From: Planctomycetota bacterium
GTDB taxonomy: Bacteria; Planctomycetota; UBA1135; GCA-002686595
Length of the DNA stretch: 64,000 bases
Assembly (NCBI GenBank): GCA_043754695.1
Contig: JAYUUV010000009.1
Coordinates: 670-64,669, forward strand
Direction of reading: 5' to 3'
The notes beneath the pieces were generated by a model. The model saw nothing but the letters and a program-made list of their open reading frames with translations. It was not told the origin of the DNA and made no database searches. Shown piece by piece: positions 29,466 to 36,954 of the stretch; position 1 is the first letter of the stretch, and each line of letters begins with the position of its first letter. The position numbers and the translations under genes are program-made.

Positions 29466-29521
29466 ACACTTAAATATCTACAGCTACATATGTTAGGAGA
29501 ATATTAGAGAGCAAGAACATA
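29466..29521. promoter_or_regulatory. AT-rich island in a divergent intergenic region (candidate promoter/UP-element/nucleoid-protein site)
   Basis: ACACTTAAATATCTACAGCTACATATGTTAGGAGAATATTAGAGAGCAAGAACATAG is roughly one-third GC by hand count, in a window that is otherwise about two-thirds GC. It lies 30 nt upstream of the sigma-factor ORF. No confident -35/-10 assignment was possible. Confidence 0.35.
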
Positions 29522-29551
29522 GACCGGCACGCGCTCTGCACTTCATGCGCC

Positions 29552-30343
29552 ATGGTCACCACCCTTCGCGCCGTGCCCGGCTTCGGTTCGGGCTCCCTGG
29601 CGGGCTTGGCGCTGCCAGCTCCTATCCGCCGCAGCCTGCTTTCCCGGGGTGTGCTGCTCGAGAGCCGCCCAGGCGAAGCCCCGACCACTTTCGCCGAGCG
29701 GATCGACACGGCCTTGATGGCCCTGTTCCGTGACACGCACGATTCCGAGTGTTTCGAGGCCCTCTATCAGCGCACATCGGCTGCTGTGGTCGACTGGCTT
29801 CGCCGCCTGATGGGGCAGCGGCGCGCCGGAGTCGATCCGCTGGATGTCCTGCAGGACACGTTCGTCAACGTGTACCAGTACTCCACCCGCTTTCGCGACG
29901 AACGGCCGGACAGTTTCCGAGTCTGGGTGCGGACGATCGCCTCGAACGCGTTGCGGCGTGCACGCTCTCAGGTGCCGCGGCGACCCGAAGAGCATGAACT
30001 CAACGCCAGAGCGGAGCCCGCGGCCCCACGTGCCGAACCCGCGCGTCGGCTCGACGAAGAAGAAGAACAGCGCCGGCTTGCAGTGGCCTGGATGCTCTTC
30101 CTCGACCACTACGCCCGGGCCTACGCGAGCCTGGCCGCGCGCGATCAAGCTGCGCTCGCCCTCGTGGAACTCGAGCGGCTCAGCTACGCGCAAGCCGGCG
30201 AGCGGCTCTCGGTGGGCGCCTCCAATATGAAAATGATCATGTTCCGGGCGCGCCAGCGCCTGATCGGGCGCATGAATCACTCGCTGGGCTGCGCTCGGCA
30301 GGAGACGCCGCGCAAGGCAGCGGCGCTTCTGGCTGTTGGATAG
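29552..30343 (+). CDS. ECF-type RNA polymerase sigma-70 family factor
   Basis: Region 2 is FEALYQRTSAAVVDWLRRL…LQDTFVNVYQ…FRVWVRTIASNALRR. Region 4 is LALVELERLSYAQAGERLSVGASNMKMIMFRARQRL. An alternative start at the ATG at 29717 (MALFRDTHD…) would give a more typical ~208-aa protein. Confidence 0.85.
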   Translation: MVTTLRAVPGFGSGSLAGLALPAPIRRSLLSRGVLLESRPGEAPTTFAERIDTALMALFRDTHDSECFEALYQRTSAAVVDWLRRLMGQRRAGVDPLDVLQDTFVNVYQYSTRFRDERPDSFRVWVRTIASNALRRARSQVPRRPEEHELNARAEPAAPRAEPARRLDEEEEQRRLAVAWMLFLDHYARAYASLAARDQAALALVELERLSYAQAGERLSVGASNMKMIMFRARQRLIGRMNHSLGCARQETPRKAAALLAVG

Positions 30344-30397
30344 CCCACCGGCCGATCCTCGGACCCATCGGGGGCCGCTGCTCGCTACTCTGGGTCG

Positions 30398-31687
30398 GTG
30401 AACATTCCGGCAGTGCGCACGATCGACCTGCTCGTCCACTCCGCCGGGGAATTGTGCACGGCCATCGGCACACAGCCGCGCGGCGGATTGGACCTGGGCG
30501 CGATCCGCTGTGTCAGCGACGCGGCCGTTGCGGTCGATGCCGGCCGTGTGCTGGCCGTCGGTCCCACGGCAAAGTTGCGGCGCGAATTCTTGGCGCGTGC
30601 CGAACTCGATGCCGAAGGCGGGCTGGTTCTGCCCGGATTCGTCGATGCGCACACGCATCCGGTCTTCGCCGAGGGTCGCGAGGACGAATTCGAGTTGCGC
30701 ACGGCGGGCAAGAGCTACGTCGAGATCGCCGCGCTGGGCGGCGGAATCCTCTCCAGCGTGCGCGGCGTGCGCGCCGCATCGAAAGATCGCCTGCTCGAGC
30801 TCGTGCAGGCGCGTCTGGAGCGCTTCGTGGACCTGGGCACGACCACGATCGAAGCCAAGAGCGGTTATGGGCTTTCGTTGGAGGCTGAGCTCAAGTCACT
30901 GGAAGTGCTCGCCGCATTGCGCGCGCGCGGTCCGATCGACATCGCGCCGACCTTTCTTGGCGCCCACGAAGTCCCCGAGGAATTTCGCGGGCGCAAATCG
31001 GCCTACGTCGATCTGCTGCTCGAGGAATGCCTGCCGCGCGTGGCTGAATTGAAGCTGGCCGAATACGCCGACGTTTTCACGGAAAGTCACGTCTTCGATC
31101 TGGCCGATTCGCGGCGCCTGATGGAGCGCGCGCGCGCACTGGGCCTGGGTCTGCGCATGCACGTCGATCAACTCACTTGCCTGGGCGGAGCCGAGCTTGC
31201 CGCGGAACTGCGCGTCAGCTCCGCCGATCACCTGGAGTTCGTCAGCGACGGCGGGATCCGGGCACTGGCGGCGAGCGCCGTCGTTCCCGTGCTGTGCCCG
31301 CTCGTTCCGCTCTACCTGCGGATCGAGCGCGAGGCGCCGGCGCGGCGCATGATCGACGCCGGTTTGCCCGTGGCGATCTCGACCGACTACAACCCCGGTA
31401 GCTGCCCGCAACAGAGTCTCGCGCAGGTGATGACCTGGGCTGCGCTGCGCTACCGGATGAGTTCGGCCGAGTGTTTGACTGCGGCGACGCTGAATCCCGC
31501 CTGCTCGCTGGGCCGCGGCGACGAGATTGGCACGCTCGAGCCGGGCAAACGCGCCGATCTGGTTATCTTCTCCTGCCCGAACTTGCGCCGGCTGGTCAGC
31601 GAGTTCGCTTCGAGCCCCGTGCGCGCGGTCGTCGTGCGCGGCCGCGTGGTTCGCGGTAGCAGTCGTGTGCGCGTGCCTGGTCCCTGA
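30398..31687 (+). CDS. hutI: Imidazolonepropionase
   Basis: LVLPGFVDAHTHPVF…GKSYVEIAALGGGILSSV…TTTIEAKSGYGL…TFLGAHEVP…ADHLEF…ISTDYNPGS…GTLEPGKRADL is collinear with HutI amidohydrolase motifs. Confidence 0.9.
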   Translation: MNIPAVRTIDLLVHSAGELCTAIGTQPRGGLDLGAIRCVSDAAVAVDAGRVLAVGPTAKLRREFLARAELDAEGGLVLPGFVDAHTHPVFAEGREDEFELRTAGKSYVEIAALGGGILSSVRGVRAASKDRLLELVQARLERFVDLGTTTIEAKSGYGLSLEAELKSLEVLAALRARGPIDIAPTFLGAHEVPEEFRGRKSAYVDLLLEECLPRVAELKLAEYADVFTESHVFDLADSRRLMERARALGLGLRMHVDQLTCLGGAELAAELRVSSADHLEFVSDGGIRALAASAVVPVLCPLVPLYLRIEREAPARRMIDAGLPVAISTDYNPGSCPQQSLAQVMTWAALRYRMSSAECLTAATLNPACSLGRGDEIGTLEPGKRADLVIFSCPNLRRLVSEFASSPVRAVVVRGRVVRGSSRVRVPGP

Positions 31688-31717
31688 GTCGTCCTTTTCC
31701 ACAGAGCCTGTTCATCG

Positions 31718-32611
31718 ATGTCGATCGTCGAGTGCGTTCCCAACTTCAGCGAAGGTCGTCGACCCGAGGTCGTCGATCGCATCGTCGCGGCGCTTGCCTC
31801 GGCGCCCGGCGTGCGCGTGATCGATCGTTCGATGGACGCAGGGCACAACCGCGCCGTGATCACCTTCGTCGGCTCCGATCTCGATGTCGGCGAAGCTGCC
31901 TTCCGTGCCATCCGCGCGGCCGCGGGCGAAATCGACCTGCGCACGCACACCGGCGAACACCCGCGCATCGGCGCGAGCGATGTGGTGCCCTTCGTGCCGG
32001 TCGCCGGCGTGACGCTCGAACGCTGTGTCGAGATCGCCCACGCCTTGGGCGAGCGCGTCGGCCGCGAACTCGAGATCCCTGTCTACTTCTACGAGGCCGC
32101 CGCGCTGATTCCGGCGCGCCGCAATCTTCCCGACGTGCGCAACATCGGCTTCGAGAAGCTCAGCGCTGCCGTGCTCAACGATCCCGCGCGCGCGCCCGAT
32201 CGCGGCCCCGCCAAGCTGCATCCCTCGGCCGGCGCGACCGTGATCGGTGCGCGCCAGTTCCTGATCGCCTACAACGTCAACCTCGAGAGCGCGGATGTCC
32301 AGGTCGCGAAGGAGATCGCGAAAAAGATCCGCGAGAAAGACGGCGGGCTGCCCGGCATCAAGGCCATGGGTTTTTTCCTCGACGATTTGAAGTGCGCCCA
32401 GGTCAGCATGAACGTCTGCGATTTCCAGCGCACCGGCCTGCTGCGTGCCTACCAGGAGATCGAGAAGCTCGCCGCCGAGCGCGGCGTCAAGATTCGCGAA
32501 AGCGAACTTGTCGGACTTGCCCCGCGCGCCGCGCTGGGCGACGGAATCGCCGCGCGCATCCAGTTGCGCGGTTTCGATCCCAAGCGTCAGATCGTGGAGG
32601 AGTTGATCTGA
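31718..32611 (+). CDS. Glutamate formimidoyltransferase
   Basis: MSIVECVPNFSEGRRPEVVDRIV… is the hallmark N-terminus of the formiminotransferase (FtcD N/sub) domain. Length is 297 aa. Confidence 0.85.
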   Translation: MSIVECVPNFSEGRRPEVVDRIVAALASAPGVRVIDRSMDAGHNRAVITFVGSDLDVGEAAFRAIRAAAGEIDLRTHTGEHPRIGASDVVPFVPVAGVTLERCVEIAHALGERVGRELEIPVYFYEAAALIPARRNLPDVRNIGFEKLSAAVLNDPARAPDRGPAKLHPSAGATVIGARQFLIAYNVNLESADVQVAKEIAKKIREKDGGLPGIKAMGFFLDDLKCAQVSMNVCDFQRTGLLRAYQEIEKLAAERGVKIRESELVGLAPRAALGDGIAARIQLRGFDPKRQIVEELI

Positions 32612-32613
32612 AC

Positions 32614-33819
32614 ATGTCGCTTTGCCGCACGTCTCGCGGGGTCCGGCGCGCAGTCGTCGGCTGCGCCCTGATGTTCTTCGCGCTGCTTTGGCCAACGGCC
32701 GGCGCCAGCGCGTACATCGCGCCGCAGACGCCACCACCCGCGAAAGCGCCGCCGACAGTGGACTGCAAGGTCTGCAAAGCCACGGGCATCGTCCCCTGCG
32801 GCGAACATCCCAAGGAAGAATGCGCCTGGGAGAAGAGCGCGCTGTTCTGCAGTTACATCGCCGATTGCCCGGTCTGCAAGGGCACGGGTTTCATCGACTG
32901 CAAGGACTGCGACAATCCCGAGTCCGGCAAGCTGCTCGCGGCCAAGATCGCGGCGCTGCCCAGCCTGCGCGCCGAAGTCGAGAAGTACGACGCGCAGATG
33001 GGACGCAAGCTGCGCAAAGCAGTCTCGACGCATTTCACATTGGTGTGGGAGATCGACAGCCTGAAGGTCGAGAAACGCATCGTCGGCGCGCACGAACTGA
33101 CGCACATTTACCTCGACCGGCTCGAGCAGTTGTTCGCGCTCTATATCGATCTGACCAAGGCGCGGCCGGGCGAAATCGTCAAGCGCCAGAAGGTTTTCGT
33201 CTGGTGGCTGGTCAATGATCAGCAGGAGGCCACGCTGCGTTTTTGTCAGCAGGGTTCGGCCAATGGCGTGAAGCTGATGGGTTCGGAGTCGGCCTACTCG
33301 ATCTGCGGCAACCGCCAGTTCTTCACGACCGACGAGCGCCTGCACCGCAACATCGTGCACAGCGTGACGCACCTCTTGTTCGCGCACGAACAGCCGAGCA
33401 TGTGGATCGGCAACCTCAAGGCCGGCTGGGTCGAAGAGGGCCTGGCCCACGTCATGGAGGACCGCATCTTCGGTATCTGCGACAACTACTGCTACGAGGA
33501 GCAGAACACGAACAACGATTTCCACAGCGGCAAGTACAAGGTCGCCATGCGCAAGATGATCGTCGATGGCAAGTCACCGCCCGTCTCGGACGTGATCGGG
33601 CGCAATACCGATCAGTTGAAGTTGCCCGAGCACGCTGTGGCCATGAGCCTGGTCGACTACCTGCTGCAACGCGAGCCGGGCAAGTTCGATCTGTTCGGGA
33701 AGCGCCTGCGCTCCAAGGTCGCGGTGCGCGATGCACTCCGGGCTGCGTTCGGGATTTCGCCGCTGGAACTGGAGACGGCCTGGAAGGCCTGGGTGCTCGA
33801 GACCTATCCCAAGCAATGA
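32614..33819 (+). CDS. Secreted protein: DnaJ-type CxxCxGxG zinc-finger repeats + DUF1570/peptidase-MA-like domain
   Basis: The ATG at 32614 is 2 nt after the previous stop. It is in frame with the artefactual 695-aa ORF 31732..33819, whose 5' part is out-of-frame read-through of the previous gene. The signal peptide is AVVGCALMFFALLWPTAGASA. The Cys motifs are CKVCKATGIVPC and CPVCKGTGFIDCKDC (nt 32764-32913). Later comes IVHSVTHLLF…WVEEGLAHVMED, which resembles the HExxH…EGLAEY core of DUF1570. Confidence 0.65.
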   Translation: MSLCRTSRGVRRAVVGCALMFFALLWPTAGASAYIAPQTPPPAKAPPTVDCKVCKATGIVPCGEHPKEECAWEKSALFCSYIADCPVCKGTGFIDCKDCDNPESGKLLAAKIAALPSLRAEVEKYDAQMGRKLRKAVSTHFTLVWEIDSLKVEKRIVGAHELTHIYLDRLEQLFALYIDLTKARPGEIVKRQKVFVWWLVNDQQEATLRFCQQGSANGVKLMGSESAYSICGNRQFFTTDERLHRNIVHSVTHLLFAHEQPSMWIGNLKAGWVEEGLAHVMEDRIFGICDNYCYEEQNTNNDFHSGKYKVAMRKMIVDGKSPPVSDVIGRNTDQLKLPEHAVAMSLVDYLLQREPGKFDLFGKRLRSKVAVRDALRAAFGISPLELETAWKAWVLETYPKQ

Positions 33820-35243
33820 TGCTCGCGCTGCTCTTCGCGCTGTGCACGCAGTCGCCGTCCGCGGCGAGCGAGACGCAAAGTGTGCTGGAGCTTGCGATGG
33901 ACGCGCATTTTCGCGTGGCGCGCAGCGAACGCGAACTCGCCTTCTTCGAGCGCTATGCCCGCGCTTCGGATGAAGCCAAGGCGCGCGCGCGCGGCGTGCT
34001 GGAGAGATTGCGCGCGCCCGGAACCGCCAGCGCTGCGCCGAGTTCGTCCCCGGCCGTGGCCAAGGCGCTGCGCGCGCTCGAGACACCTGTGGCAACTCCG
34101 AATGCGGATGCGGCGCGCAGGCGCGAACGCCTCGAGGAACTCGTCGACTCGCTCGACCTTCAGGCGACTCCCGGAATATTCGCGGCAGCGAGTTCGCTCG
34201 AGGGCAAACTCGTGCACATCGCCATCTCGCCGCTCTATCCGCTCAAGGAACGCCCGCAAGTCAGCCTCTCGCTGGTCTGGATCCTGCCCGATGGCTCGGA
34301 ACGACTGGCCTATCGCGGGCTGGTCAAGCCCGCGCTCTTCGGCGGGGCCGGTTTCGGCGTCCAACTCGGTTTCCCAGGCCACGAGCCCGGCACGCGGCGG
34401 CTCGCGATCGAAGTCGAGTGCGACGGCATCAACGTACGCGGAGAGCCCTTCGAACTGCAGTGCGTCGCCGCGCTCGACGAGCGCGCGAAGCAGGTCTTCG
34501 CCGGCCTTGTCGAGCTCGCCGATCCGCGCATGCCGCTCGCGAATTGGATGGCGCTCGACGCGCAGCGCGGACTGCGCACGCTGGCGCGAGTCGATGCCGA
34601 GCAACAACTGTCGCGGCTGGAGAGCAAGGCGAACGCCGCACATGCTTACCCGTGGTTGCTCGCGTTCGCCGCGTCCGAGGGCGATGCGCAGTGGATCTGG
34701 CGTTTGGATCCGCCGGGTGCGCCGCAGGCCACGTTGCTCTTGTTGTGCCCGTCGACGGAACCTGCCGAAGCCAGCCTGTCGCGAGCCGAATGGGCCGGCC
34801 TGGCAGGTTGGCGTGTGCTCTCGATGCACCTGCCGCGCGGCGGCGCGGGCGAAGGCACGACGCAAGAATTGTTCGCGCGTCTCAGTTCCAGGTTGGACGA
34901 AAGCGGCGAAAAGCTGCCGCTGGTCTGCGTCGCGCGCGGCGATACCATCGGCAAGTTCGCCATGGATTTTTACGGCGCGAAATCGCGGCCGTATGACGCG
35001 GAGGTGCTGCTGATGTCGGCAGCGCCCGCGAGCCCGGAGAGCCTTGCGGGCAGCGTGCCGCGCCTGGTGCTCGCTCCGGGCGGCCGGGCAACGCCGGAGG
35101 GCTGCGCGATCGGCCCGCAGACTTGGTGGCTCGACAGTTCCACGCTTGCACTGATCGCCGACTTCGAATTGCCGACGCGTTTGAAGTCGACGCTGCCGCT
35201 GCTGCTTGGAGCGCTGCGCGAGTCATCGAAGGAAGCGAAGTGA
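33816..35243 (+). CDS. Hypothetical secreted protein
   Basis: ATGATG at 33816 overlaps the previous stop (ATGA). The signal-like N-terminus is MMLALLFALCTQSPSAAS. 475 aa, no motif recognised. Confidence 0.55.
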   Translation: MMLALLFALCTQSPSAASETQSVLELAMDAHFRVARSERELAFFERYARASDEAKARARGVLERLRAPGTASAAPSSSPAVAKALRALETPVATPNADAARRRERLEELVDSLDLQATPGIFAAASSLEGKLVHIAISPLYPLKERPQVSLSLVWILPDGSERLAYRGLVKPALFGGAGFGVQLGFPGHEPGTRRLAIEVECDGINVRGEPFELQCVAALDERAKQVFAGLVELADPRMPLANWMALDAQRGLRTLARVDAEQQLSRLESKANAAHAYPWLLAFAASEGDAQWIWRLDPPGAPQATLLLLCPSTEPAEASLSRAEWAGLAGWRVLSMHLPRGGAGEGTTQELFARLSSRLDESGEKLPLVCVARGDTIGKFAMDFYGAKSRPYDAEVLLMSAAPASPESLAGSVPRLVLAPGGRATPEGCAIGPQTWWLDSSTLALIADFELPTRLKSTLPLLLGALRESSKEAK

Positions 35244-36907
35244 GAGGACTTTTCGCCGTACTGATCGCTTTTGCGCTCTGGTTCGTTCCACCGCCGACTC
35301 GCTTCGAGGGCGCGCAAAGTTTGCGGAGCGCTGAAAGTTGCTATCGCATGCGCATGTGCGAGTTGGCGTTGTTCACCGGCGAGAGTCCGCTGCAAGATCG
35401 CCTGCTGGAATGGCGCGCGGGCGAGTACGTTCCCTACGGCGCCCTGGCGCCCGCGGCGAGCGCGTTCCTGCTCGGACGGCTCGTGCCACGTGTGGCGCAG
35501 GCGGTGGAGCAGGGCGATCTCGACGAAGATGCGCTTGCCGACGGAGCGCGGCGCCTGATGCTCGTGCTGGCCTGGATCGCGGCGCTTTCGATCATGTTCG
35601 CAGCCTCCAAGCTCAGGTTGCCTGGGGACCCGACGGCGCAGGCCGGCCCCTGGGTGTTCGCCTGCTCGCTTGGCATCGCGCTCGTCTGGACCGCGCTCGT
35701 GCTTGCGCCCTCCGTCGATGGTGGATCGGTGCGGCCGGCTGTCTGGTCGCTGCTTTTGTGTTCCGCCGTGCTGGGCGGAGCTCTCTTGCTCGCGCGTCCC
35801 CACGAACTCGGAGACCTGATCGGTTTGGCGATCGGTGTCGGCGTGCTTGCCGGCCTCGCGCTTGCGAACGATCCCTTCGCCTGGAACACGGTGCTCGCAC
35901 CGCTGTGCGCGCTGGGCCTGGCCGCGCGCGAACGGCCCAAGAATTTGCGTCGCGACAGCCTGCGCGCGGCGATCTTCTTCAGCGCCACGACGCTGATCGT
36001 GTCGCTGGTGCGAACTCCCTGGCCGGCGGGTACGTCGCCGTGGCCGAGATTCGAGCTCGCTTGGGCAGCGCCATCGCTTTCGTCAGCCGAACTCGCAATC
36101 GACGCGCTGTGCCTTGCGGCAATCGCCTGGCTGTTGCTGCGGGCACGGGACTGCACGCAGCGGCGCACGTTGAGCGTGGTGCTCGTGCTCGGTTTCGTGC
36201 TGCGCATGATCGACGCGCGTTTCGCCGCGGCCCCGCTGGCCGCCGCCGGTTGCGCGCTGGTGTGTTGGACGCAAGCGCTGGCGAGCGACGGCGAGCGCAG
36301 TCCTGTGCGGCGCGCGCTGCCGATCGCCGCCGCCGCCGCAATGCTCGTGGCGATCGCCTGGAACGACAACGCGCCCTACACGACGGCTTCGATCCGTGCG
36401 CTGCGCGAGCTGCGCCAGACCACGCCGTCCGGTGGCGCGTGGAATCATCCGTTGGCCAGGCAGGAGTATGGGATCCTGGCCAATCCCGAATTTGGAGGAA
36501 TGATCGCCTTCCACGCTCGCCGGGCGTCGTGTGGCGCACTGCTTCCCGGCGCCACGGCGAGTGAGGCCGCGCGCAGCACGGCCGGTGCGCTGCTCTGCAA
36601 GTCGATCGAAGAGCTGGCCGCGCGCGCGCGCGAACTCGGCGCGGCCTATGTGATCGTGACGCGCCGCGATCTGGAGCGCCCCGCAGCCTGGCTTGCGCTT
36701 GCGGGGCAGGAAGCCGCGACCTCTGACGGCGTCGTCGCCGGGACGGGAGTGCTGCCCGAATTGCTCGCTCGAACAGAGCTTGCTGGTTTCGAATTGCTGC
36801 GTCGCGTGGCCGCGCCTGGCGACCCAGAGGGTCCGGCTGAGCTGGCGGTTTGGCGGCTCGTCAGGCCCGCGTTCCTGCACGAACCGGCAGCGCTGCGAGC
36901 GCGATAG
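35240..36907 (+). CDS. Polytopic membrane protein, STT3/AglB-like (GT-C fold) with degenerate WWDYG position
   Basis: The GTG at 35240 overlaps the previous stop (GTGA). There are multiple hydrophobic segments over residues ~1-375, then a soluble C-terminal domain. By eye, SAESCYRMRMCELALFTGESPLQDRLLEWRAGEYVPYG resembles the STT3/AglB first-loop block (DxYYhxR…G…D…YPxG). IRALRELRQTTPSGG…QEYGILANPEFGGMIAFH resembles the (L)xxLxxNTP…YGVxSWWDYGHWI block, and …LGAAYVIVT resembles …gvrYVIV. Confidence 0.55.
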   Translation: MRGLFAVLIAFALWFVPPPTRFEGAQSLRSAESCYRMRMCELALFTGESPLQDRLLEWRAGEYVPYGALAPAASAFLLGRLVPRVAQAVEQGDLDEDALADGARRLMLVLAWIAALSIMFAASKLRLPGDPTAQAGPWVFACSLGIALVWTALVLAPSVDGGSVRPAVWSLLLCSAVLGGALLLARPHELGDLIGLAIGVGVLAGLALANDPFAWNTVLAPLCALGLAARERPKNLRRDSLRAAIFFSATTLIVSLVRTPWPAGTSPWPRFELAWAAPSLSSAELAIDALCLAAIAWLLLRARDCTQRRTLSVVLVLGFVLRMIDARFAAAPLAAAGCALVCWTQALASDGERSPVRRALPIAAAAAMLVAIAWNDNAPYTTASIRALRELRQTTPSGGAWNHPLARQEYGILANPEFGGMIAFHARRASCGALLPGATASEAARSTAGALLCKSIEELAARARELGAAYVIVTRRDLERPAAWLALAGQEAATSDGVVAGTGVLPELLARTELAGFELLRRVAAPGDPEGPAELAVWRLVRPAFLHEPAALRAR

Positions 36908-36954
36908 TCCGCGCGACAGTTGGGCCTTGTTCCCGGTACCGCTATGGTGCGCCC

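Noticed and set aside
33091-33105. HELTH at residues 160-164 of the DUF1570-like protein as its catalytic HExxH
   Set aside because: This is not firmly rejected, but its position (early helical segment, with no downstream EGLA-type third ligand at the usual spacing) does not fit the family layout as I recall it. The HSVTH…EEGLAH block does fit. It needs an alignment to settle.
31732-33819. 695-aa ORF spanning the formimidoyltransferase gene and the next gene
   Set aside because: Its first 294 codons are an out-of-frame, Arg-rich read-through of the formimidoyltransferase gene. A clean ATG with a signal peptide at 32614 explains the 3' part.
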